From Ginkgo biloba (lineage: Eukaryota > Plantae > Ginkgophyta): 25,707 bases of DNA. Position numbers and translations under genes: made by a program. The notes beneath the pieces were generated by a model that searched no databases, had not been told where the DNA came from, and saw nothing but the letters and a program-made list of their open reading frames with translations. This document shows, one piece after another, positions 11,913-21,473 of this stretch. Location of the stretch: the NCBI GenBank assembly GCA_024626585.2, contig JANKJI020000002.1:22221103-22246809 (forward strand), in the 5' to 3' direction. Each line of letters starts with the position of its first letter. The stretch's first letter is position 1.

Positions 11913-12827
11913 TTCTCTTTATTTGGATCACTATCCATTATTGGTGCAATGGTGGGAGCGCTAGTCAACAGCCAAATCGTAAATTACATAGGATGAATAG
12001 GGCTGAGTGCCCATGTTATTCTTTAATTAATTTGAAATTAATTATATTATCATATAGGGAATAATAGATTATGGGAACCCTCATCATAAAGTATTGCTTA
12101 AATGTCAATTTATGATGTTACTCAACGAAATCTTGGTGTTATGCTATAAAAGTGTAGCTACAGAGCTCTAATAGTTATTTTTTAATTGATTTATTTTTTA
12201 TAGATATTTTCTTATTTTTATAATTGATGTATTTTAAGGAATTAAAAACTTTAATATTCACTATGAGAAAATATTTAATTTTTATTAGGAACATTTTTCA
12301 ATCTTGGCCTAATTATGATAGTTCATGTTAATTATTAAATGCAGGCATTCACAATGGCTGCAATCCCAAATATTCTTGGGTGGTTGGATATCTCTTTGAT
12401 ATAGGCAAGTTGCTTCCCCTATATGAAAATGATGAGTAGAATTCTACAAATATCAAAATGATTTTTGATCAGATGTAAAAATATATAGAAGATGATGCCT
12501 TTGATAATCATTATTTAAAAGTTAATCAGGGTGTAAACTCGACAACAAATTAAGGTCATAGCTCCTTATGGTGTGTTGTTGCCCACATAACTTTGGATTT
12601 ATTTCTCTCCCACACACAAACATGCATGTGCACACATACCATATAGCATCTACATGGGTTTCAATAGCTAAATATGTTAAAGATGAAGTGCCAAGTGTTC
12701 AAGCCACACCACTTTGACAATCAATCTAGTCATTGGCTGTGGTGTTGGTAATTGCCTATAGAGTTCCTCATTCTTGTATTTGGGTAGATTGTTGACAGGC
12801 TTTGAAGTGGGATTCATTTCATTCATT
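11913..12827 (+). pseudogene. ERD6L: ERD6-like (ERDL4/ERDL6-type) MFS monosaccharide transporter pseudogene fragment, 3 exons: 11913-12002, 12345-12404, 12762-12827
   Basis: The exons translate to FSLFGSLSIIGAMVGALVNSQIVNYIG*IG | AFTMAAIPNILGWLDISLI* | SSSFLYLGRLLTGFEVGFISFI. This is collinear with the recalled family sequence [68 protein letters not shown]. Exons are phase 0 and 90/60/66 nt. Stops at 11994 and 12402. Altered splice sites: CAA acceptor at 11910-11912, CTGAGT donor at 12003, GCAAGT donor at 12405. Intact sites: CAG (12342-12344), TAG (12759-12761), GTAAGT (12828). Confidence 0.93.
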
Positions 12828-12949
12828 GTAAGTTGATCACTTATCCTTGATCCCATATAGACATTGGGTGCAAATTTAAAAGCTATTATTATTGATCTAG
12901 TAATAAATCGAAGGCATAATCTATGGCAAGATTATTATAGGTTCTAATA

Positions 12950-13148
12950 TCTATACTATATATCTAAAAAAATTGAAATGTACATCCATCCATCCATCCA
13001 TTCGTAAATTATATTTAATAAAATTTTGACGTCCATCCATTTATAAATTTTATTTAATAAAAGATTGAACTACTTTCCTTAAAAATTGATAGTATTCCAT
13101 TGATTGATGGCACACCAAACACATTAAATGTTGGGTCAACAAATTGAT
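12950..13148 (+). mobile_element. Candidate Helitron-like short element with (CATC)n and an internal duplication of about 40 bp
   Basis: A|TCTATACTATATATCTAAAAAAATT 5' end similar to 7750, followed by a (CATC) run. CATCCATT..TAAATT.TATTTAATAAAA..TTGA occurs twice. Imperfect hairpin at 13115-13134; no intact CTRR end. Confidence 0.45.
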
Positions 13149-13161
13149 TATTATGTTTAAA

Positions 13162-13187
13162 ATATATATGTGTGTGTGTGTGTGTGT
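13162..13187. repeat. Compound (AT)/(TG)9 microsatellite
   Basis: Directly visible in the sequence. Confidence 0.95.
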
Positions 13188-13656
13188 TACATCAAATGAA
13201 AATCAAATATCAAAATATAGGTAGAAATCAATCGAAGAGTCTAAGAAGCTATGATGATTGAAAATCTGATGTAGTAAACTCAATTAATCAAAGAATGTAG
13301 CAAGGATTAAAAATATGATGTAGCGAACTCAATCAATGCAAAATGCAAAGAATTTAGATGGCATTATTTTTTTTCTCAATGGTGAGTAGATGCTATTTTT
13401 TTTTTTTTTTTGGGTCGAATGCACCCTCTCCATAGCCGAGTATCTAAAATTCATGGTCATTGAGGTGCCATGGATGGATCTCAGAGTTGTTGGCCATTAG
13501 AATTATTGAATTTTGAACAATGACTTCCACCACTAAATTTATTTTAACCACTAATGNNNNNNNNNNNNNNNNNNNNNNNNNNNNNNNNNNNNNNNNNNNN
13601 NNNNNNNNNNNNNNNNNNNNNNNNNNNNNNNNNNNNNNNNNNNNNNNNNNNNNNNN

Positions 13657-14911
13657 AGTTTTCTTGAAATGTAGAGAATGGTGCATCTCCTTGAATCTAA
13701 AAAAAGTCAATTTTTAGAGCGACAGAAGGAAAATTGCTTAGGCTTATCATCTCCAAGGGAGGAACATACATTGATATTGATAGGATCAAATCCATCAAAG
13801 AGCTCCCATTACCCATCAATAAGAAATGGGTCTAATATATATTTGGGAAGATTAATTTCTTAATACACTTCATCGTAGACTTTGCCTATGTNNNNNNNNN
13901 NATCAACAAACTTCTTAGGAAAGTGTTGATTTTAAATGGAGTTAGGAAACAAAAGAGGTCTTTGATAAAATCAAGGAATGTATAACAAATGATTGTATCC
14001 TGGTGGGGCCCAATTTTGACCAGTATTTTTTGATCTATTCTTATGCCTTAGAGGAGGTGTATGCTATTATGTTGATGTAAAAATATGATCAAGATCACAA
14101 GAGACCAATTATATTTTTNNNNNNNNNNNNNNNNNNNNNNNNNNNNNCATGGAGAAATACACATTTACTTTGGTCAAGGTTGTTGAATACTTCAATTCAT
14201 ACATCATCCACACCAGCACCTTGGTATATGTTCTCCACACACCAGTTAAGTCTATATTAAGTCAAGCAGAGCCATCAAGAAAATGGATGAGATGGATAGT
14301 AAAGGTCCAAGAGTTTGATATGGATATCAAACCTATGAATATTATGCGAGGATAGGGGTTGTACAAAATGATCATTGAATCACAAGATAATAACCTATCC
14401 CAACTGCAAGAGGTGGATGATGTTAATGTAGAAGATGCGATTAGTACAATGGTCCTAGCCCAAGATGAGGGAGAATACAACACTCACCTAAAAGATATAA
14501 GGCTTTATTTGACTAAAGGTGAATGCTCAAATTATATTAGAAAGAGAACCAAGAGGATTATGAAACTTAAATCCATTTCCTATGTTTTTTTATAAGGGAA
14601 AATGTATAAAAATGGGTATGATGGCACCCTCCTCTGGTGCCTCAGTGTTAAAGAGTCTACACAAGTTTTGGATGAGTTCCATATAGGCATATGTGGGGAA
14701 GAGTTTTTTGCAGTAGCCAAAACACACAAGATTATATGGGTAGGCTCATTTTGGTCCACCATGTTCAAGGATGCCTTGCAAAAGTGTAAAAGTTTCCACT
14801 AAGGTTAAAAGTTTACAGGGAAGAAAAAATTATTTGTAATACCCTTGCAACTAATACACGTTAATACATGTTGAGAGGTCATTAGAGAAGTGAGGATTGG
14901 ATTTTATTGGC
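13657..14911 (+). mobile_element. Degenerate Ty3/gypsy pol fragment (RT C-terminus, RNase H, integrase Zn-finger and core start), non-chromovirus Athila/Tat group
   Basis: RT: VFLKCREWCISLNLKK and ELPLPINKK..FGKINF. RNase H: EKYTFTLVK..RWIVKVQEFDMDIKP..RG*GL. Integrase: YKNGYDGTLLWCL..EFHIGICG..HKIIWVGSFWSTMFKDA..C and *GLDFIG. The RT-RH-INT order defines gypsy. Stops and frameshifts; both ends lie at gaps. Confidence 0.95.
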
Positions 14912-15012
14912 NNNNNNNNNNNNNNNNNNNNNNNNNNNNNNNNNNNNNNNNNNNNNNNNNNNNNNNNNNNNNNNNNNNNNNNNNNNNNNNNNNNNNNNNN
15001 NNNNNNNNNNNC

Positions 15013-15310
15013 ACTCGCACTACCTCCCTCTCTGGTATCAGATAACCTCTTGTATAAGCTTGTTGTCCTAGCCTTAGAATGATGTTGTGAGTGTGATGTA
15101 GTTCTTGGAGGACCCATCCAGATCAAATCTCATAGCCTTTTTATCTCCCCTTGTGCAGTGGCTAGTTGTCTCTCTAAGTCCTAATTTATAGTAGCTACCC
15201 GGTACGCTACCTTGAATGCATCCCTCTCAGTTGCTATTGTAGAAGGAACACTTGAGGCCTTCCATACTAGTGCCAAGTAAAATATGTCCCTCAGGTAGTG
15301 ATCTATCATG
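15013..15310 (-). pseudogene. Decayed ORF with a coiled-coil-like segment, possibly a retroelement extra ORF
   Basis: The minus strand reads HYLRDIFYLALVWKASSVPSTIATERDAFKVAYRVATIN*DLERQLATAQGEIKRL*DLIWMGPP.., with stops compatible with CAG>TAG and CGA>TGA decay. No family recognised. Confidence 0.35.
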
Positions 15311-16046
15311 AATTATGTTGTTGAGGGTTATACTACATTTTCTAGAAATTATCATTTCTTAGTGCATGTTTAAATAAATAAATATATAGATAAAGTAGAT
15401 TTTTTCCTTTTCTTTTTGTTAATTTCAAATTGGCATTAAGATTTACCTGAGCTCAATGCTACATTAGAAACTATGTTAGTGGCTAGTTTGTCTATTGGGG
15501 GTATTACTGGTGCCTCTACTCTGACCTCTTAGATNNNNNNNNNNNNNNNNNNNNNNNNNNNNNNNNNNNNNNNNNNNNNNNNNNNNNNNNNNNNNNNNNN
15601 NNNNNNNNNGCCTATCTTCATTGGGTTACATCCTACAGCTTGGTGACCTCATTGTCTAAATCCCACTGCATCTATCTATAGGTCTCCTCAATTAGCTCAT
15701 CGAGGTCTATCTATATATAAAATACACTCAGGATCCTTCCTTCCTCCTATGAGACTCTTGTCAAGGGGAGTCCTATGATACCATCTACCATTTTAACATG
15801 GTAGGTTCATCACCACCCAATGATAGAGATGGACCTATCCTCAATAAAAAGGCATGGAAGTACTCAAATAGCCATGAGCGCACTAATCATGAGTAGATTA
15901 GTACCTTGGTCCATCTCTATCTAATGCCATCTAGCTAGTGGCATATGCCTTCTGATATATATGAAGCCTAGTCAAACTAGCCTTCCCACTTACATTTCAT
16001 GATGATGGAAACCCAAGAAATGGGTATGCCACCAAAGTTCTAACTG

Positions 16047-16142
16047 TAAGAAATATTAGATAGAATGGTAAATGTTATGATCCACCTCAAGCCTATAACC
16101 CTATCCTCGCAGATCATTTACCATTCTATACAATATTTCTTA
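16047..16142. repeat. Inverted repeat with 28-bp arms (26/28 complementary) and a 40-nt loop
   Basis: TAAGAAATATTAGATAGAATGGTAAATG (16047-16074) vs CATTTACCATTCTATACAATATTTCTTA (16115-16142). Confidence 0.95.
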
Positions 16143-16555
16143 TCAAATCAACTCCATCAATTATGTACTATCTACAAGGCGTTGCATTACCCAACAAATC
16201 CTCCCAAGGTTGTAGTATATTAATATGGCCTTCTCCATATCATTCAGTTAAGAATACATAGTTTGAATCTCATAACTTTGTTTCTCTTTATTTGATATAC
16301 TCATGAGATCCTACAAGATCATGTCAGATGAGTGTCAGACTCTTAGAAAAGGGTAAATCATTGAGAAAAAAAACATAAAGATTTTTTTCTCTTTTTATTT
16401 TTTAGGAACAACTCTCTACCCACTTTGAAAATGTGTGCATTATAGGTTTCACTGTGAAAATGCACATATTTCCATGTCANNNNNNNNNNNNNNNNNNNNN
16501 NNNNNNNNNNNNNNNNNNNNNNNNNNNNNNNNNNNNNNNNNNNNNNNNNNNNNNN

Positions 16556-16720
16556 GGAATAATCCCACATGCATTAGTGATTCTGTAGACATGAGGGCTT
16601 TGGCCTATAAATAATAATCCTTGTAACCTAAAACAAGTCTTGAATATTAGTAATTGAGATTTTCTCTAAGGAGGTTTCCCCCTTGAAGCATCTTGCAATT
16701 TTGTAATTGATCTTTTGAAA
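16556..16720 (+). mobile_element. LTR promoter-like fragment
   Basis: ATCCCACAT followed by CCTATAAATA and CTTGTAA, a common plant LTR U3/R layout. Lies between gaps. Confidence 0.4.
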
Positions 16721-17101
16721 AATATAATAGAATTATGAGGATTTTTTTGTGATATTTTTTTATTTTNNNNNNNNNNNNNNNNNNNNNNNNNNNNNNNNNN
16801 NNNNNNNNNNNNNNNNNNNNNNNNNNNNNNNNNNNNNNNNNNNNNNNNNNNNNNNNNNNNNNNNNNACCAATAAGTTCACTTTATACAAAATCCCTTTCA
16901 ATCATAATGACAAATTGCTTATAATCCTACTACCAATAATTCCTTAGAAACACTTGCATCCAATGTGCAAGTAGATATAGTTGAAAATAACTTTATTAAA
17001 TAAAATTTAACATTATTTTATTTCCATAATAGGTAAATAATAGATCAATAAATAAAATTACCTCTTCCAAAATACTCACTATTTTAAAAAATGCTTATCG
17101 C

Positions 17102-17118
17102 CCCCAACAACAATGCCA
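17102..17118 (-). other. Deaminated tRNA-Asp primer binding site (Athila-type)
   Basis: Minus-strand TGGCATTGTTGTTGGGG vs canonical TGGCGCCGTTGCCGGGG: all five differences are C>T or G>A. It sits 3 nt after an LTR-type CA end (17123-17122). Confidence 0.75.
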
Positions 17119-17121
17119 AAA

Positions 17122-17900
17122 TGACTAGATTTCTTAGCCACTTATTAATTATCAACTAGGGTAAGATTTATTTTAAATAGTAAATTGGAGATGAAATATG
17201 TAATTATTCACCTCATAAGTATCATAAATATGGTATACCTCTCTATTCATTGAATGATGGAATAAAATCTTGATATGTACCCAACTTATTAGATGAGATA
17301 AAAGTCATGCATACAACTAGTTGGAGCAACAATTGCAACTTAAACCATTATAAAATCTTTATTCAAATTGAAAGGAAGGGTTCTAGGGTTGACTTTATAT
17401 AGTCAGAGGAGTTAGAGAGGTCATTTCCATTAGTGAAAAGAGTTGGGATGAGTAGAAGTTGAACACAAAGGGTTCCCTCATTTTTTCTCATTCTCTTTCT
17501 AATCTCCTTGCAAATATTATAAGTTGACTTTCCTTTGGAGGTTGTAATTTTATGAACTTGAATAAGTAAACCTTTTCGTGGGATATAAGGCTCTATAATT
17601 TTGTGAATATGTATTCCACTTTAAGACTCGATGTAAAAGATCTACTCAATATTGTATTTTCCTATTAATAAAATAAATGTTTTTCTTATAACCTTGACTA
17701 ATAAATATAAAATTGAATTATTATCATTTGCTTTAGCTCTATACATAATAAGCTCTAGATCAAGTCATCCAGGCCACGTGTCCACTTTAATAACATAGGA
17801 TTTCCTAAAATGCCTCATAGGAGCCCATAATGAGAGAAATTCTAAGCACATGGTATACAAATTATTTCTAGGAATATACGAGCTCTTAAATTACTCAAAA
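17122..17900 (-). mobile_element. 5' LTR adjoining the tRNA-Asp PBS
   Basis: Ends ...TAGTCA next to the PBS and has minus-strand CTATATAAAG..AACCCTAG near 17383-17402. The distal boundary is not determined and is approximate. Confidence 0.55.
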
Positions 17901-19053
17901 GTTCTAGTAAGTAATAATAACGTTAAAAGGGCCCTCCATATGTCCTTTGGTTTGTTGTTCTCTTCTCATTATATTTGATTTTAACATAGATGCGTTATAA
18001 ATAAAAAATCACATTATTTTTACTTTTGTCCTCCTCTTAATAAAATCTCTTTTGGTAATTCTACGTAATTTTTTGGTGAATTCATAGGCATTATTCACAT
18101 TTTTAATATATTTTTATAATTTTTTTCACAACATGCTATTGAGACAAATTGTTTATGAATACTATTTCTTAGATTGTATCTTTAGACAAAAGAAATACAA
18201 ACAAAGCAATTGTATAGCTTTGGTTTATTTATTGTATGTGTAGTACTACTCAACACTTATAACACAACCACACAAGAGGGCACTTGCTATTTCTTCTAAG
18301 CACCCCTTGCACCACTTTTTTTAAAAATTAAATTTGGGCATGCATTTTATTCACATGGTGAGTAATTAAATTTAATTGCTTAATTTTTCCTCCTTTTATT
18401 CAAGTTAAAAACTAAAGTTCAATTAGTTACTAAACTCTTGGGAATTGAAATGTTTGATTTTTTCCTCCTTAAATTCCTAAACATCATGTGGGGGAAACTC
18501 TAAATGCCTATGCTTTTGCAACAACACAAGTAAAATGCTATTTTTTAGGCAACTCCTATCCGTGAAAACACTACTTGTTGGTTGAACTAGTTACAAATGT
18601 TTCTTTCGATGGATGCCATAGATCCAACAATTATGAAGCATAATCTCCCCTTAACTCCCATCCCCCACCCTTGTGGAGTGATTGGATTCAAGATTATTTT
18701 TTACGAAATTATGAATAATACATAATAGCCAAGGAAAACATGCCACTTGATACATGTGGCCACATGAAAAACCTTTTTTTTGGTCAATGGATGACGCGAT
18801 TGTGAATAGATTGCANNNNNNNNNNNNNNNNNNNNNNNNNNNNNNNNNNNNNNNNNNNNNATTCGCCAAATTTAGCATAAATTACTAGAAAAATATATAT
18901 TTTCCTAAAACATTCACATATAATGTATATATTACTTACTTTATATATTAAATTATTTGCTAATTAGTTATACTTATAAAAAATAAGTCAATCCTTAAAA
19001 TTTTCCCTATTGGAAACCACCTCCTAAACAACAATAATAAGGACTAAACGTAG

Positions 19054-19181
19054 TTCCAACTTTCTCCAACACGCATTGGAAAGAGCTTTTCATAAATAAT
19101 AGGGGCTACACGTTTTGAGGAAAAATTCTAAATTCTTCCAACTCTCGCCAACATGCATTGGAAAGAGCTTTTCATAAATAA
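19054..19181. repeat. 46-bp direct repeat x2 (43/46 identical), period 82
   Basis: TTCCAACT(T/C)TC(T/G)CCAACA(C/T)GCATTGGAAAGAGCTTTTCATAAATAA at 19054-19099 and 19136-19181. Confidence 0.95.
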
Positions 19182-19229
19182 CTGGAGTGTTTTTTTCTTT
19201 GGAGCTGCCTAAATTCTACCTCCATGGGA

Positions 19230-19960
19230 CCATAAATAAATGTGTAGCATATCGCCCTCCATGAGACCATCCTCTTACAACGCCCAACAAGAGCCGTGAG
19301 GACGAAGTCAAATATATGACTTGGGAAGCATTGGCTGTATCCTCTGAACAACTTGCAGCATACGGACAATGTGAATAGTTGAAAGGAACGTCTATCTATC
19401 CAATCCCTTCACTGCTCTGCTATCCTCCTTGAGTTGCTCTCTTTACTGCCGGGTATACCCGGGCAGAGAGGGCCTGCAAAAGTCATGCGCGTGAATTTCG
19501 TGTTGAACCAGAACCACTGTCATACTACAGTATACCTCTACTTTCCTTTTCCCTTCGTGTTCTCTTCGTACAGCGCAGGAATGGCGTCATCAGCCTGAAG
19601 TCATAGATATTCCACGGTAAATCTGATTTCACGTTCCATTTTTATCCTGTCAATAATGCTTGAAAAGGAGAGGCAGCAGAGGTCCCATTCGGCCAGGTTT
19701 ATCGTGAAAATAGTTGGCGCACGTTTCCATCGTCCATTCAGAGGTCTCAGAAATGCCTCCCGCGCTGTTCATGTCCTTGTCCCTCCAACGGTAACTCTCT
19801 ACCAAACTAAAAACTTTGACGAAGGAGGAGGGTGAAAAATTAAAAATAAAAAAAGCATGTAGGGGGCCCCAACGAAGACTGGGACGGGGAATCATTTAAA
19901 TTTGAAATGGGCGTATCATTGCCATCGCTGTTGACGTCCGACGTTTTGATCCAGGGATTA
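19230..19960. promoter_or_regulatory. GC/CpG-retaining island, probable promoter or 5' region of an unidentified transcript
   Basis: Dense CpGs compared with the rest of the window, pyrimidine patches, splice-like signals and a TGACGT motif near 19932. No TE motif recognised. Confidence 0.5.
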
Positions 19961-21449
19961 ACATTGTATTCATGAATTTAGACAAGCCTATATTTGCATA
20001 TCTTTTAATCTCTGCCTATGTGACTTCNNNNNNNNNNNNNNNNNNNNNNNNNNNNNNNNNNNNNNNNNNNNNNNNNNNNNNNNNNNNNNNNNNNNNNNNN
20101 NNNNNNNNNNNNNNNNNNNNNNNNNNNNNNNTATTTTGGTTCTTTGTTTTTTTTTTTTTTTTTGGGGCCCATTTCAAGGGACATTGGATTTATATATTTT
20201 TAATGATTATTCCCAATGGCATATGATTAATCATAGATCTATCTATCTTTAATCTAGTTCTTGATCTTTATATGTAAACATTTTTTTTAGCTAAGAAAAT
20301 GAAAAAGGGACTCATTATGTGGCTCTTTGTTTTATAACATGAGGTTTCTTATAGTTTGAAACAATTATTAAAGTTTACTTACATTTTTCTACTGTTTTGA
20401 TTTTAATTTAATTGGCAATCATGATAAGGAATGATTAGTGATACTTTCTTATGGCTCATTTATTTTAATAGATTGAATTTCCATAAGTTTTCTATTTATA
20501 CATGCTATCATTAGCCATCTCTTTCCACGTAGAATCCATGTTTGTAACCTTACATTTTAAGTCTTCCTAATTGCTTTTGACATGAATTCATGCTCTAAAG
20601 ATTCAAAATGTATAATTTCATGTAATTGAAGATAATTTGTATACTTTTATGATTGTTTCTCTTAAAGAATATGATGATGGTGAGCATATATAAATTCTTG
20701 AAAAAGATTTTTGAAGAATGTGTACTCTCATTATAACATTAGAGAATGTCAACATAAGGATCAAATCCATTGAGGCTCTTGAGGGGACCCATACATACTT
20801 CATCTAAGTCTTAAGGGGTTTTGTTCCTCTTGCAAGCTCTCATTCCTCTCACAAACTCTCGTCCTAATTTTTTTGTGGTGAATAAGTACTATAGCTATAC
20901 GAGGTAATAATTGAAATAAGTCATCTTGTAAAAACAAAGGTCTCCAAGGCCCACGAATCCCATTTCATTAATAATGGAAAAGTTATATTTATGTTTAAGA
21001 AAAGTTATTCTTATGTAAAAATGTTTGTTTTTCTTTATTTGTATTTCAATGTCTTGCATTCACGCAAAGTTATTATTATATAAAAATATTTGATTTTCTC
21101 TATCTTTGTTTGAATGTCTAGATTTTAAACTAGTGATTGTGATAGTAAGATAGGAGTTTGATATGCACTATTAATGTTTTAATTGAGTACACGCTTTTCC
21201 CCTTTTTGTACACTTACATTAATTATAGTAATGCAGAAAGTATTATGTGCCTATAGTAAATGAACTTACTAGCATTAAATAATTATAAGGACATTCAACC
21301 CCTAGTATTTCTCTTTGATTTTAGATTGTTGTAATCATTTATAATGACTTTGAATCTTGTACAATATTTTAATGCTAAATTATGTCAATTACAAGAATTA
21401 TATATAATGTAGTTTAAAATAATATTATTTTCTTTTGAGATTGGAATGA

Positions 21450-21473
21450 ATATATATATATATATATATATAT
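21450..21473. repeat. (AT)12 microsatellite
   Basis: Directly visible in the sequence. Confidence 0.95.

Noticed and set aside
13465-13495. Possible next ERD6-like exon (VP..ISE)
   Set aside because: Needs a frameshift, and the following residues do not match AP..RG.LG.
15033-15042. tRNA-Met PBS-like TGGTATCAGA
   Set aside because: Not preceded by an LTR CA end, and it lies inside an antisense coding-like stretch. The similar TGGTATCA at 3203 also lacks context.
16561-16615. snRNA or telomerase RNA promoter (USE TCCCACAT plus TATA)
   Set aside because: No snRNA sequence or telomere template follows; the same motif pair is common in plant LTRs.
18726-18745. miR169-like TAGCCAAGGAAAACATGCCA
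   Set aside because: Three or more mismatches to the mature sequence and no proper star arm nearby.
19054-19181. CRISPR-like repeat-spacer-repeat (46/36/46)
   Set aside because: Only two repeats, a plant nuclear context, no cas genes, and the spacers share motifs at the same period, as expected for tandem duplication.
19689-19705. miR166-like TCGGCCAGGTTT
   Set aside because: Needs an indel, the 3' half does not match, and there is no precursor hairpin.
19650-19895. 81-aa minus-strand ORF as a real CDS
   Set aside because: No recognisable homology, and it crosses a low-complexity T-rich tract. Kept only as part of the CpG-island finding.
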